DNA of 64,000 bases from Nitrospinales bacterium (GTDB lineage Bacteria; Nitrospinota; Nitrospinia; Nitrospinales; VA-1), in the NCBI GenBank assembly GCA_965223795.1, contig CBDCXL010000002.1, forward strand, positions 1,504,001 to 1,568,000, in the 5' to 3' direction. Position 1 is the first letter of the stretch; each line of letters opens with the position of its first letter. Below are positions 29,001-40,245 of this stretch, piece by piece. The position numbers and the translations under genes were made by a program. The notes under the pieces were generated by a model. That model was given only the letters and a program-made list of their open reading frames with translations, searched no databases and was not told the DNA's origin.

Positions 29001-30218
29001 TCAGGCTTCCTCATACAATTGCGCCACGACGGACGACCAGGTCAGGCTCTTTCCTTTGCGCTTCGCGTTCACCTGCAGATCTTTTTGAAGAGCCGGGTCT
29101 TTTGCGAATTGAATCATCGCTTCCGCCAGCGCGAGAGCCACCTGTGATTCCGACAGGCCGGCGGTCGAGACCACGCGACCGATTTCATTGTCAACGATTT
29201 CACCCGGCCCCCCCAAATCCAGACAGATGACCGGCAGGCCGTGCATCATCGCCTCAAAAATCACCGTACCGCCGGAATCCCTAAGAGTGGGAAACAGCAG
29301 CACGTCATGACTGCGATACAGATTCGCCAGGTCTTTCTGCGGCATCCAGGACACCCAATCGATGCAATGCGAAATGTTCAGCCGGTCCGCAAGCCGGCGC
29401 CAGCTTTTTTCCTCCGGGCCCTGGCCCACTAAAGTCAGCCGGGCATCGGGAATCCTTTCGAGCAAATGTGCGAATGCCGGCAATCCAAGATGCATCCCTT
29501 TGAGGTAAAGGAAGTTCCCCACAAAGAGCGGGCGGAAGGGTTGATGGATTTCCTCCTTTCCGTTGTCCATGTCCAGGCTGATGTGATTGTCGACCCCGAT
29601 GTTGATCTGCCGCCGGACTTTATCCCAATACTTTTTGGGAATGATTCTCCTGGAATGTTCCGTCGCCACCAGGATCAAATGCGCCTTGCTGAAGGTGACG
29701 TTCATCATGGGGTCCAGGCGTATCACCCAGTTTGAAATGTCCCGCATCGCATCCACCAGCCATCCACGCAGACCGAAGCCCTTGCGCAGCCGCCAGGGCG
29801 CCGACTCGCCGCCTCCCACGGGCCCGAACACAAACGGTATCCCCAACTTCCACATGAAACTCGGGCAGCGGATGGATGCCCAGGTGATGTGATGAACCCG
29901 TTCGAATTTTTCCCTTTTATGCACTTCCCGCGCCAGCTTGTAAGCGCCGCACTGCCAGAAAAAATAGTCCAGATAAATGCGAAAACGCTGGCCGCCATTT
30001 TTCTCAAATTTAACAGCGGGCTCATAGTAAATAAAATGAAGTGAAGGCGGGGCTTCCATCTGACGGAGCTTTGCCTCGATGGGTGCGCGGGAATGGGTTT
30101 GTGTCAGAACCCAGACTTCGTGACCCAGGCGGGCCATCTCCAACGCCCAGTTCCAGCCGACACCGAGTTCCGACCCCCTATCCGGTTCGCAGGAATAGGC
30201 AGAGAGCAGCACCTTCAT
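29001..30218 (-). CDS. Glycosyltransferase family 4
   Basis: AYSCEP.RGSE.GVGW, DSGGTVIFEAM..GLPVI. Confidence 0.92.
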   Translation of the reverse strand: MKVLLSAYSCEPDRGSELGVGWNWALEMARLGHEVWVLTQTHSRAPIEAKLRQMEAPPSLHFIYYEPAVKFEKNGGQRFRIYLDYFFWQCGAYKLAREVHKREKFERVHHITWASIRCPSFMWKLGIPFVFGPVGGGESAPWRLRKGFGLRGWLVDAMRDISNWVIRLDPMMNVTFSKAHLILVATEHSRRIIPKKYWDKVRRQINIGVDNHISLDMDNGKEEIHQPFRPLFVGNFLYLKGMHLGLPAFAHLLERIPDARLTLVGQGPEEKSWRRLADRLNISHCIDWVSWMPQKDLANLYRSHDVLLFPTLRDSGGTVIFEAMMHGLPVICLDLGGPGEIVDNEIGRVVSTAGLSESQVALALAEAMIQFAKDPALQKDLQVNAKRKGKSLTWSSVVAQLYEEA

Positions 30219-30292
30219 ATAAATTTCCTAAAATATTGGAAGTGGATGAAATCCCCCCTTTTCGAACGGCTTGAAGCTGCCTGGGACCATTG

Positions 30293-31624
30293 TCAAACCC
30301 AGCTCTTTTTCAAACCCTGCCACAGGATCCACACCTGAATCGAGCAAGCCGTCAATGCCCCTGCCACGACGCCCAACAGGCCAAAGTAATGGGTAAAGGG
30401 ATAAGCGGCAACCGCGCTGAACAACGCCGCCCAAAAACTGGCGGTGAATATCGTCTTCGGTTGCTCGATCGCCCGCAATCCGGAACAAAGCGGCAGCAAC
30501 AGAAATATCAGCACATAATGAACCGCATACCACTGCAATAAAAAACCGTATCCTCGATACTCCGAACCGAATATCAAATGAAGCCAGAATTCAGGTGCGA
30601 TGGCAATGAGCAGGGAAAGGGCCACCGTGGCGCCTCCCCCCAGCAAGGTCACCCGTTTGAGATAATCCCTGAGCGCTTTCTTGCCCTGTACATGAAAAAG
30701 CCGCGCCGCCTGCACAGGGACCATATTCTCCAATCCCATGATCAAAACATGCACCACTCCCATCAAATACTGTCCCGCTCTCAGCGCCCCAACCGCGGTG
30801 GTGCCCAGCAACGCGCCCGCTGACAGGACAAAAATATTGCCCGTCATCCATTCAATCAGGGATGAAGGCAGCAGCCATTTGGAAAAGTTCCAGTGCTGGG
30901 AAATGCTGCCGAGCAGGGTGGGTGCGCTTGTTGCGATTCGATCGATGAAACAGCCTGCATACGCTGACGCGACCACGGAAGAGACCACAATGATCCACAA
31001 AACATGGACACTGTCCATCCTTTCGCGAAAATAACTGTGCATCCAGACAATCAGGACGACCTGCCCGAAATAACGGATGGCGTCGCTCACGAAGGCAATG
31101 TCGGGGGACCCGCGGGTAAAAAAGTAACGCCGGAGAAAATCCTGAAACGCAAAAGCGCTTGCGGCGGTTGCCAACGGAAACGCAAACTCGCGCAACGTAA
31201 GACCGGGAAACAATCCGGCCGCCAACTGGAGTCCCCCGAAAAGCACAATGAAAACAAGGCAGGAAAACAGAACCTGCTGCATGAGAACCGCATTGTAATA
31301 GGACGGCGTATGGGCCGCCGTCTGCTTGGGCCCCAGGCTCATCATGGGCGCAACGATCGTGGCGCGCTGAACGCTGCCCACGAACAGAATCGCGATCAGC
31401 GCCAGGGTGAACCGGCCGAACTCTTCGATTCCCAGGTAACGGGCCAGCAGGATACCGGTGAGGAAATTGGCTCCGCTGACCATGGCCTGGTCCGCCAAAA
31501 CCCAGTTGACCCGGCTGTATCGTTGAATCAGCGCTGTTGCCGCCCGTATCACCCGTTTGTCCCCTGCACTGTTGTACAACGTCTCTTTCAACCGGTTCAG
31601 CGGGAAGACTCCAGCAAAGCGCAA
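30293..31624 (-). CDS. wzx: Wzx-type flippase
   Basis: DQAMVSGANF..GILLARYLG.EEFG, about 12 TM; start uncertain. Confidence 0.85.
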   Translation of the reverse strand: MRFAGVFPLNRLKETLYNSAGDKRVIRAATALIQRYSRVNWVLADQAMVSGANFLTGILLARYLGIEEFGRFTLALIAILFVGSVQRATIVAPMMSLGPKQTAAHTPSYYNAVLMQQVLFSCLVFIVLFGGLQLAAGLFPGLTLREFAFPLATAASAFAFQDFLRRYFFTRGSPDIAFVSDAIRYFGQVVLIVWMHSYFRERMDSVHVLWIIVVSSVVASAYAGCFIDRIATSAPTLLGSISQHWNFSKWLLPSSLIEWMTGNIFVLSAGALLGTTAVGALRAGQYLMGVVHVLIMGLENMVPVQAARLFHVQGKKALRDYLKRVTLLGGGATVALSLLIAIAPEFWLHLIFGSEYRGYGFLLQWYAVHYVLIFLLLPLCSGLRAIEQPKTIFTASFWAALFSAVAAYPFTHYFGLLGVVAGALTACSIQVWILWQGLKKSWV

Positions 31625-31646
31625 TGACAGGCAGACAACTGCAGAA

Positions 31647-32420
31647 TCAGACCTTTGCCTTGATCAGCTCGACGCACAAACGCCATAGGAATTTGTTGTT
31701 CGTCACAAAATAGCGCTTGAACAGCCGCCGCGGTTCCTGCATGAGCCGGTAAAACCACTCCAGTCCATATCGCTGCATCCAGCGTGGCGGCCGCTTCAGG
31801 TTTCCCGCGTGGTAGTCGAACGCGGCGCCCACCGCCATCATCGCCGCATTGATTTTGCCGCGATGCCGGGCCACCCAACGCTCCTGGCGGGGACATCCTC
31901 TTCCAACCAGCACCAGTCCCGCCTTGGACTGGTTGATGCGAAGGATGTCCTGCCGGTCTTCCTCCGCCGTCGCTTCCCGAAAGCGGTCCGCCTGCATGCC
32001 GCAAATCCGGATACCGGGAAATCGCTGCAACAGATTTTTCGATAGTTTGTCGAGGGTCGCCGGCGTGCTGCCATACAGATAAATTTCAATGCCTTCCTTT
32101 GCGGCCCGGGCGCAGACCCATTCGGTCAGATCCGGACCGTAGACACGGTCTTTGAGCCCGGCGCCATGCAGCAGATTCATCGCCCAGCGAACGGGCTGCC
32201 CGTCGGGTGTGACCATGTCGATTGCGTTCACCGCTTTGCGCAGATCCGAATCCGCAACGGACTCCATCAAACCATGCGTCGCCAGGGCGGACACAGCATA
32301 GGATCGATGTTCTTTAGCGGCGGAAATGATTCGCTCGCACGCCCCAGAATAATCCACCACGGACAACCCAACGCCGAAGACATTGATTTTTTTTATTTCC
32401 TCCCTCACGCCGCTTCCCAT
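31647..32420 (-). CDS. WecB/TagA/CpsF family glycosyltransferase
   Basis: [32 protein letters not shown]. Confidence 0.93.
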   Translation of the reverse strand: MGSGVREEIKKINVFGVGLSVVDYSGACERIISAAKEHRSYAVSALATHGLMESVADSDLRKAVNAIDMVTPDGQPVRWAMNLLHGAGLKDRVYGPDLTEWVCARAAKEGIEIYLYGSTPATLDKLSKNLLQRFPGIRICGMQADRFREATAEEDRQDILRINQSKAGLVLVGRGCPRQERWVARHRGKINAAMMAVGAAFDYHAGNLKRPPRWMQRYGLEWFYRLMQEPRRLFKRYFVTNNKFLWRLCVELIKAKV

Positions 32421-33475
32421 CGATATACGTTCTTTGTCAAGATATCCATGAGGATCGACTCGATATCGTGCTTTTGCTTCCAGCCGGGATAATGATTTTT
32501 GAATTTACGCATGTCGCTGACCCACCAGATATGGTCGCCGATCCGGTTCGTATCCGAGTATTTCCAGTCCAAAGTTTGGCCGGCGATCTTTTCGCACAGG
32601 GCGATCGCTTCGAGCATGGAACAGTTACTGAATCGCCCGCCGCCGACATTGTAGACTTCACCGATTCGGGGACTCCGGTAGAACTCATCGAATGCGAAAA
32701 TGAGGTCCTCGCTGTGAATATTGTCGCGCACCTGCTTGGCCTTGTAGCCAAACACGGTGTATTGCGTCTGCGTGACGGTGCACTTCATCAAGTAGGACAA
32801 GAATCCGTGCAGCATCGCACCGGAATGATCCGGGCCCGTCAGGCAGCCGCCTCGAAAAGAAGCGGTTTTAATGCCAAAATAACGCCCGTACTCCTGCACC
32901 ATGACATCCGCCGCCAGTTTCGACGCGCCAAAAAGGCTGTGCTTGGAATCATCGATGCTCATTGTTTCATCGATGCCATGCTCAAAATAAGAATGCGTCC
33001 CGGCGATTTCCCACCGGCTCTCCTCTTCGACCAGGGGCAGCATGTTGGGCCTGTCTCCGTACACCTTGTTCGTGGAGGTGAATATAAAAACAGCGTCCGG
33101 ACAGTGTCGGCGCACCGCTTCCAGCAGCACCAGCGTGCCATTGGCATTGACGGAAAAATCCAGAACCGGATCCCTGGCCGCCCAGTCGTGGGACGGCTGC
33201 GCGGCGGTGTGAATCACCAGCGAGATGTCCGAACTGTATTTTGCAAATAAACGCTCCACCGCAATGGCATCGCGGATATCGATATCGTGGTGTTTATAAT
33301 TTTCAATTTCCTGTTTTAATTGAGCCACCGCCCAACTTGTGGACGCCTCATCTCCGAAAAAATGGGCTCGCATATCGTTGTCGATTCCGACCACGAGATC
33401 CGCTTTTGCGGAAAAATAGCGGACGGCCTCAGAACCGACCAGCCCTCCCGAACCGGTCACAAGGATGATATTCAT
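32405..33475 (-). CDS. NAD-dependent epimerase/dehydratase (CDP-paratose 2-epimerase-like)
   Basis: [36 protein letters not shown]. Confidence 0.9.
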   Translation of the reverse strand: MNIILVTGSGGLVGSEAVRYFSAKADLVVGIDNDMRAHFFGDEASTSWAVAQLKQEIENYKHHDIDIRDAIAVERLFAKYSSDISLVIHTAAQPSHDWAARDPVLDFSVNANGTLVLLEAVRRHCPDAVFIFTSTNKVYGDRPNMLPLVEEESRWEIAGTHSYFEHGIDETMSIDDSKHSLFGASKLAADVMVQEYGRYFGIKTASFRGGCLTGPDHSGAMLHGFLSYLMKCTVTQTQYTVFGYKAKQVRDNIHSEDLIFAFDEFYRSPRIGEVYNVGGGRFSNCSMLEAIALCEKIAGQTLDWKYSDTNRIGDHIWWVSDMRKFKNHYPGWKQKHDIESILMDILTKNVYRWEAA

Positions 33476-33640
33476 TTATCTTTCGATCCTATTCCGTTGA
33501 AAATTGGCACATAAAAGTAAGTTGTCCGCATCGAACTCTGCGCCCAAACTCCATTGACCCGACAAAACAAATTGTTCTTGAATCCGTCGATGCTCCGGCA
33601 GAGCGCTTCCAATTCACGGAAATAAAAACCGCAGCCTTTT

Positions 33641-35164
33641 TCAGTGCGCATTTTTTTGCAGGATCGCAGCCGGCACGGTTTTTATCAGAATGAGAGCGTC
33701 GAACAAGAGCGACCAGTTTTCGATGTAATAGATATCGTGCTCGAACCGGCCGCGCATCTTTTCCCGCGTTTCCGTTTCTCCGCGGAAACCATTGACCTGC
33801 GCCCAGCCCGTCATTCCCGGCTTGACCCGGTGTCTTGCGAAATAACCTCCGATGACCCTGGAGAACTCATTGTCCAGAGCCAACGGGTGCGGGCGCGGAC
33901 CCACAAGAGACATGGTCCCGCTGAGAACGTTGAACAACTGCGGGAGTTCATCCAGGCTCGTCCGCCTGAGAAACTTGCCAAGCGGCGTCACGCGGGGATC
34001 ATCCTGCCGGGCCTGCACGAATTCCTTTTCGGAAGTGCAGTCGTGGCGCATCGTTCGAAATTTAAACACCGAAAACTGTTTGTAGTTGAATCCATTGCGT
34101 CTCTGTCGAAAGAACACAGGTCCTCTGCTTTCCAGCTTGATCGCCAAAGCGATCAACAGCATGAATGGCAGAAAAACAATCAGCAAGACGGTTCCCAGAA
34201 TTTTGTCTTCCATTCCTTTCAATACATATTTCCAGCCACTGAGCGGCTTGTTCACCACATCCACCATGGGGACGCCGCCGATGGAACTGTAGCTGGGATT
34301 CAGACGCAAAAATCCGGCCAGATCGGAACCAAGCCGGATGTCGATCGGCAACTCTTCGAGTTTCCGGACCACCTCGATGATGCGGTGCTCAGCAGTCCAG
34401 GGCAGGGTCAGAATGATGTCGTCCACACGTTTGATGCGAGCGTATTTCAGGAGGTCGTCCACATTGCCGAGAACGGGATACCCCATAAACTCATTTTGAA
34501 TGCGCTCCTTTCTGTCATCAAAAAAACCAACGATATCAATCCACGGCTCTTTCGATTCCTCCATATGCTCGATGTATTTTTTTGCCTGCTCACTGCAACC
34601 GACCAGGACGATCTTGCGGGTCAGACGCCCATCTCGGGCCCATCGCCAAAACAGCAAATGAAAAAGCTTTCTCTCCAGAAAAATCAGGCAGCCGGATGAC
34701 AGGAACCAGGAAAAGACCCAGATACGCGAGAATTCTTCGGAAATTTTCAGAGCGAAGGCCAGAGCCAGGAAAGCCAGAAACGTGATCGCCAGAATGCCCA
34801 GGGTTTTGTAAATCTGTCCCAGAATGGGTTTACATATGGAACTGAAATCGTAAAGTCCCGCCTGATAAAACGTCACAATCACCACTGCCGTGGGCGCAAC
34901 CATCGCTAAAAAGTAAAGCTCGTCCCTCCCTTCGACCCAACCGAGGTAGGACCAGTGGATGATTCCACTGGTTGCCAGCAAAATTAAAATGTCTGAGACA
35001 ACGACCAGGCTGCAGGCAAAATGCAGCGAGTAGGATTTATGCTCTGCCTGCTGATGCCGTTTGAGCTCGCCAAGGGAGAAATCAATGTCTTTCAGTTTTT
35101 TTTCAGATACGGGTGCGGGCTTCACCCTGTCTGCATTGGAAACAGAAGTCTTTTCGATGGTCAT
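33641..35164 (-). CDS. wcaJ: Undecaprenyl-phosphate glucose phosphotransferase
   Basis: [38 protein letters not shown]. Confidence 0.92.
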   Translation of the reverse strand: MTIEKTSVSNADRVKPAPVSEKKLKDIDFSLGELKRHQQAEHKSYSLHFACSLVVVSDILILLATSGIIHWSYLGWVEGRDELYFLAMVAPTAVVIVTFYQAGLYDFSSICKPILGQIYKTLGILAITFLAFLALAFALKISEEFSRIWVFSWFLSSGCLIFLERKLFHLLFWRWARDGRLTRKIVLVGCSEQAKKYIEHMEESKEPWIDIVGFFDDRKERIQNEFMGYPVLGNVDDLLKYARIKRVDDIILTLPWTAEHRIIEVVRKLEELPIDIRLGSDLAGFLRLNPSYSSIGGVPMVDVVNKPLSGWKYVLKGMEDKILGTVLLIVFLPFMLLIALAIKLESRGPVFFRQRRNGFNYKQFSVFKFRTMRHDCTSEKEFVQARQDDPRVTPLGKFLRRTSLDELPQLFNVLSGTMSLVGPRPHPLALDNEFSRVIGGYFARHRVKPGMTGWAQVNGFRGETETREKMRGRFEHDIYYIENWSLLFDALILIKTVPAAILQKNAH

Positions 35165-35852
35165 CAGTAATTCTTTAGGAGTGGAAAATTTTTTTTCATA
35201 AGCGCATCACGTTTTTCACTCGGGATATCCCGATCCTGAATAATGGCGTTTCCCCAGAAAAAACATACCGCTGCAATGTCTTCTCGAGAATTCATCGATG
35301 GGCTGATCGATTTATCGGATTGACCAGAAAAATCAGAAGGTGAAGTAAACAATTGAAATGCAGCCCGATAGGGGCAGCATGAATGCAGAGATTCCGTACT
35401 TTTTAGTGGGTAAGTCCAGAAATCATTGTCAAAGTATTAAAAAAGTAAGTGTGTTTCTCCTACCTGCGAAATTGTTCTTTAGGTACAAATGTTTTTCAGC
35501 GGTTGTGCCTATTTTTAAAAGGATAATTTGGGGGCAATCTGTTGTCAATTTCATTATATTTTCATATTAATTTTACTGAATTTGTGCCGGTTTTGTATTT
35601 GCGACTGGAACAAAGGATTGCGTCGCGGATTTAATATTTCAATCTCCAAAGCCGACGAAGGCCAACCTACTCAAACGATTAGCCAACTATCTGCAGCGAG
35701 ACATTTTTCCAATTAGACAAAGGTGTGTTAATGGAGGAGTGACTATTTCTCAGTTGAATTCGATCCTTGCCCTTCCCCGCTTGTGGAAGGGCCACACTAA
35801 AAAATCGCCGCAATTCAACAGGCCTGTCAAAGCTTCCTGAATCTTTGAGTTT

Positions 35853-35868
35853 TGGAGCGATCCTTGCT
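35853..35868 (+). promoter_or_regulatory. Putative sigma54 (-24/-12) promoter upstream of wzc
   Basis: TGGAGCGATCCTTGCT: GG and GC with correct spacing, TTGCT at -12. Confidence 0.45.
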
Positions 35869-36267
35869 CAGGGACGCAAGAGGAAGTTGGAGTTTAAAGA
35901 AGATAAAACTAAGTAAACGCGTGCATTTATTCTATTTCCAGAAACACCGTTTAAAGTTTATTCAGGGCTTATGAAGAAAAATTGAGTGGCACTGCTGATT
36001 TAAATTGTTCATTTCATTGACTCCGTTTTTTCGATACCTCGCATAAATTTTTTTCTTTATAATTTTATCTAAATTACTGGATAATTTAGGGCGGATTGAC
36101 TCACAAGCATAAGGAAACTTCCACAATGCTGTCTCAGTCCCAATTTTCATAGATCCTTAATGCATTCGTTGCTTTAACAGCCCCGGTTCACTCCAAATTT
36201 CAGCTTGAAATGAACCGCCCAAAACATCTTTTTTCACGCACTCATAACTTCCCCGTGGTCTGATTTT

Positions 36268-38964
36268 ATGGATGAAATTTCAACAGCAGAGTTCCTTGAA
36301 ATCATCAATAAGCGCAAATTGGTTATTTTTTCAATCACTCTGACTTTGGTTCTCCTGGTTATCATTTATGCGCTCAGCGTTGACCCCATTTATCAATCCA
36401 CAGTAAAAATTTTAATCGGCAGGGAAAAGCCCAAAGCTGTCAAATTTGACGATACCATCTCCCACGATCCCAACTTTAATGAATACTTGAATACTCAGAT
36501 TGGTTTGCTCAAGAGCAGGTCATTGGCAAGGGATGTCATTCAAAAGCTGAATTTGGAAAGTAAAAAAGAATTTAAGGTCAATCCATCCCGGTTCGACTGG
36601 AAGGTGGCAAGGAAATGGTTCCGGTCATTATCTGCATCCCCCGGCGCCAGTGCGTTGAGTGAAGAAACACAAACTTCAAACGATCCTTACACACCCATCA
36701 TCAATAATTTTTTAGATCGTTTGACCATTGAGCCTGTCACAGACAGTCAAATTGTTTACATTCGATTTGAAGGCCGCTCTCCGCAACTGATCACAAATAT
36801 CACAAACAATCTTGTGGAAACATTCATCACCAAAAACATCGAATCTCAAACTTCTATTGAATCCGACACAGAAAACTGGCTGAAGACTCGAGTCAAGGAA
36901 CTTCAGGAAAAGATAAGAGCTTCTGAAAAAATACTGCAGAACTATAAGGACAAAAAGAACTCGATTGATTTTGGCGAGAAAAGAGATTTTGCTGCTGACA
37001 ATTTAAACCTGCTGGTTAAAGAGCGCCTCCAGGTTCAGTCAGAGCGGTTGCGGCTGGAAGCCCAGTTGAAAGAATTAGAAAATTTAAGAAAAATCAAAAA
37101 CGATCCAATCAAAACCTTCCTGGCTCTTCCCCTCCAGGACAACACCAATCTTCTTGAATTGAGAAACACGTACCTGGAGTTGAGAAGTGAATTCAATTCT
37201 TCCCTGAAGAACAAAACGCCGCAGCACCCGGACACCATTGCCCTTTTGCAAAAGTTGAATGACTTAAAAAACCGCATTCCAAGTGAAGTGGATGTATTCT
37301 TCAACTCATTGAGAATTAACTATAAATCCAGCATGGCACGCGAGAAGAGCCTGGACAGGTCTTTGAAAAAGCAAAAATTCGATGTCATGAAATTGGATAA
37401 GGCCTCCATCGAATTCACCAACTTAAAACAGGAAGTGGATTCGGATAAAAACATGTACCAAGTACTATCTGAACGCCTGAAGGAATTAAACCTCTCATCC
37501 AATTTCAATGAAGTGAACATTCGTATTATCGACCGGGCGGAAGTCCCCTTCAAACCCATCAAGCCCAACGTCAATTTGTTTTTGTTTCTCGCAATGAGTT
37601 TGGGGTTGTTTTCAAGTGTCCCGATTATTTTTCTAATGGAATCCAGGGATAAAATTATAAAAAATGAAGAAGACATTGAGAAAAACTTCCCCAATACGTA
37701 CCTAGGAGCATTGAGACTTATTAAAAAGAAAGGTTTAAAACTGGCAGGAGGGAAGTTCAATTCAAAGAGAGTGGAAGAAATCCGGGAAGTGCTGTTCTCA
37801 TTTCTATCCAGAATCCTGACAAAATCCAATAAAATCATTCTGGTTACCAGCCCGACACATCAGGAAGGAAAAACCACGATCATCTCGGACTTGTCTATAT
37901 CTTTAGCGCAGATGGGAAAAAAGGTCGCTGTCCTCGATGCCGATTTTTCCAACCCTAAAATTCACAAGACCTTTAGAGTTCCCAACACTCCAGGACTGTT
38001 CGAGGGCTTGTCCGATCCCGCGCAGATCAAATCGATATTCCACAATACACAATACAATCGTGTCTGGGTCGTTCCCGTCGGAGAACCCGACATGAGTTCC
38101 TATATATCTTTCGATGTTTTGTTATCCAAGCACTTCCAGCCATTTTTAAATAAGCTGAAGAAGGTCATGGATGTTGTGCTGATCAAAGCCCCGCCGGTAT
38201 TGAGTGCTCTGGAGGCAAGCATTATTGAAAAATATTGTGATGGGATCCTTTTTGTCATTGAATCTGAACGGCATAAAGATCAGGTGATCTCACAGGCGAT
38301 TAAAAAACTAACGTCATCATCGATTGATTTAGAGAATCAATCGTCAAATCGCAATAAAGAATTGAGAAATGAATCACCGGCAAGTCCGTTCAGCAAAAAA
38401 CAAAAACCTCTCGGCATCATCCTCAATAAAGTAAAATTTAAAAGCAGGGAGCACTACAAGAAAGGCTACCAACATGCGAATGGAAATGGCAATGTTTCCG
38501 GCGATTCAAATCATAGTTTTTGGGACAAATGGCACATCGCAGGCATTCTGATGGCTGTTTTTGTGGTCATCTTTTCCCTCACCCCATCCTTTCCCCTGCA
38601 AAACGAATTTTTCGCGTCCCCTCTTGGTGATTTTTTAGTTCATTCAACCGGATACGGCTTACTGATGTTCTGCCTTTGTCAAATATGGCATCAACACAAG
38701 CATCAATTGGCAGCGGGTATGGCATTGGTATCCATTGGCTGTCTTTTGGAATATTTCCAGACCTTCATTGACGGCAGAAACTTCAATTTCCTGGATATTG
38801 GTGCCAATATAACTGGAATAAGCGTTGCTTACATTGTTTCCTACATTTTCAAAAGATTCTTATCGAAACCTCGCTCAAAAGTGGAAATCCATGACTACTT
38901 TTCCCAAGAGGTCCCTGAAATTGACAAGACCGCAACCCGCATGTTTCAAAAACAACGACTCTGA
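36268..38964 (+). CDS. wzc: Wzc/GumC polysaccharide co-polymerase with BY-kinase domain, fused to a VanZ-like domain
   Basis: PIYQS, coiled coil, IIDRAEVP..PIKP, Walker A EGKTT, DAD; C-terminal 4-TM with HSTGY / EYFQTFIDGR...LD..AN..G (VanZ). Confidence 0.88.
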   Translation: MDEISTAEFLEIINKRKLVIFSITLTLVLLVIIYALSVDPIYQSTVKILIGREKPKAVKFDDTISHDPNFNEYLNTQIGLLKSRSLARDVIQKLNLESKKEFKVNPSRFDWKVARKWFRSLSASPGASALSEETQTSNDPYTPIINNFLDRLTIEPVTDSQIVYIRFEGRSPQLITNITNNLVETFITKNIESQTSIESDTENWLKTRVKELQEKIRASEKILQNYKDKKNSIDFGEKRDFAADNLNLLVKERLQVQSERLRLEAQLKELENLRKIKNDPIKTFLALPLQDNTNLLELRNTYLELRSEFNSSLKNKTPQHPDTIALLQKLNDLKNRIPSEVDVFFNSLRINYKSSMAREKSLDRSLKKQKFDVMKLDKASIEFTNLKQEVDSDKNMYQVLSERLKELNLSSNFNEVNIRIIDRAEVPFKPIKPNVNLFLFLAMSLGLFSSVPIIFLMESRDKIIKNEEDIEKNFPNTYLGALRLIKKKGLKLAGGKFNSKRVEEIREVLFSFLSRILTKSNKIILVTSPTHQEGKTTIISDLSISLAQMGKKVAVLDADFSNPKIHKTFRVPNTPGLFEGLSDPAQIKSIFHNTQYNRVWVVPVGEPDMSSYISFDVLLSKHFQPFLNKLKKVMDVVLIKAPPVLSALEASIIEKYCDGILFVIESERHKDQVISQAIKKLTSSSIDLENQSSNRNKELRNESPASPFSKKQKPLGIILNKVKFKSREHYKKGYQHANGNGNVSGDSNHSFWDKWHIAGILMAVFVVIFSLTPSFPLQNEFFASPLGDFLVHSTGYGLLMFCLCQIWHQHKHQLAAGMALVSIGCLLEYFQTFIDGRNFNFLDIGANITGISVAYIVSYIFKRFLSKPRSKVEIHDYFSQEVPEIDKTATRMFQKQRL

Positions 38965-38991
38965 TGATCTTATTCCATAGTTATCGCCACA

Positions 38992-39372
38992 TCATTTATA
39001 ACCGAATATCTTCAGTCCCTTCTCGCTGAGTTCGCACTCAAACTGCCCAATCGCATCGATATTTTTCCGTAAGTCATCTATATTTTGAAATACATATTGA
39101 ACCGGTGCCTTGTCATAACGTTGATATCCGTGTTTCGCTGGAATCAACAACCACTCGATCCTGCGAAATTCAAAAGGACCGTTCAGCGCACCGCAATCTC
39201 CGACATAATCGTCACCCAACTGCTGATAGTCTGGAAGGTGCCCGGATAGAGGTTGTTCTTCATTTATGAGTTTCCAGGTGCACATGTTCAATTCAAGCGT
39301 GTCCTTGTTCACCGCTTTAAATAATTTTCGCCATTTAGAATTTGACATGCAGGGTCGTAAATTCCGGTTCAT
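38992..39372 (-). CDS. Hypothetical protein (resembles DUF6678-type proteins)
   Basis: MSNSKWRKLF...GPFEFRRIEWLLIP...LKIFGYK. Confidence 0.7.
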   Translation of the reverse strand: MNRNLRPCMSNSKWRKLFKAVNKDTLELNMCTWKLINEEQPLSGHLPDYQQLGDDYVGDCGALNGPFEFRRIEWLLIPAKHGYQRYDKAPVQYVFQNIDDLRKNIDAIGQFECELSEKGLKIFGYK

Positions 39373-39507
39373 CGTCTACTCTTTCCCAGCTGCATCAAAA
39401 GATAAAGAGAACTGCAACCGATCAAAGCCAGATCCATCGCCGCACGCCTGACCACGGATATTCATACAAGCTATACCGCGACAAGAGCGCTTTCTGATTC
39501 TGCATGT

Positions 39508-40185
39508 TTATTTTGACCAACCGCAGCCTTTGCTCACAGACTTCAAGACAGAATTTTCGATATCGCATTCTTTTTTGACGTAATTGCAGAAGTCTGCCAT
39601 GCTTCCTCTCAGGGCAAAATCGTATTGTCTGCCTTGAATGCCTTCAGCGATGATCCTCTGCGCCTCTTTACGGGCTCTTTCGATATGATTGAATCGTTTT
39701 GATGGCGTTGCAACCGTGTAGTAGTGCCAGAGGTATTCATTTGGCTTTGGATTTCTTTCTTTGAGGACGTTGAACTCCGTATCTTTTTTGACTGAAAAAA
39801 GATAACCCGTACGCATATGGCATTTCGGTTTTCCTGAAGCAGGACTGCCCGAGGCGGTTTCTTCCGCTTTTTCCGACGGGCCATCGCTTCCAGTTGGAGT
39901 GGATGAAGAGGCGGGTGTCCATTCGTCGAGGGAGCACATCAGGCAAGTCTGATTTCTGGGGTCGAACACGGTGATGACATCCCTGGATTTTCCGAGGTTC
40001 GCGCAAATTGCCTTTGCTTCGGCCTCCCGGTTTTTGCCACTGGAATCCGTCAAAGTCCCCACCCTCCAGTTGGAACAAGTGCCATCCAAAGAAAGCGCCT
40101 GGGCAATACTTCCACCGCTCAAGCAACCCATCCATACAATCGAAACACAGATCCATTTGCGAACAGTCATTGCAATTCTCAACAA
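39508..40185 (-). CDS. Secreted Cys-rich protein (paralog of 40246-41538)
   Basis: Signal peptide; CSNW..C..CLMC module, Ser-rich linker, C-terminal 4-Cys module. Confidence 0.75.
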   Translation of the reverse strand: MLRIAMTVRKWICVSIVWMGCLSGGSIAQALSLDGTCSNWRVGTLTDSSGKNREAEAKAICANLGKSRDVITVFDPRNQTCLMCSLDEWTPASSSTPTGSDGPSEKAEETASGSPASGKPKCHMRTGYLFSVKKDTEFNVLKERNPKPNEYLWHYYTVATPSKRFNHIERARKEAQRIIAEGIQGRQYDFALRGSMADFCNYVKKECDIENSVLKSVSKGCGWSK

Positions 40186-40245
40186 GATGATTGGATTTAA
40201 CGAACCGGCGTTCTCACTGCCGGGTTCATTCCTTTGGTATCAATG

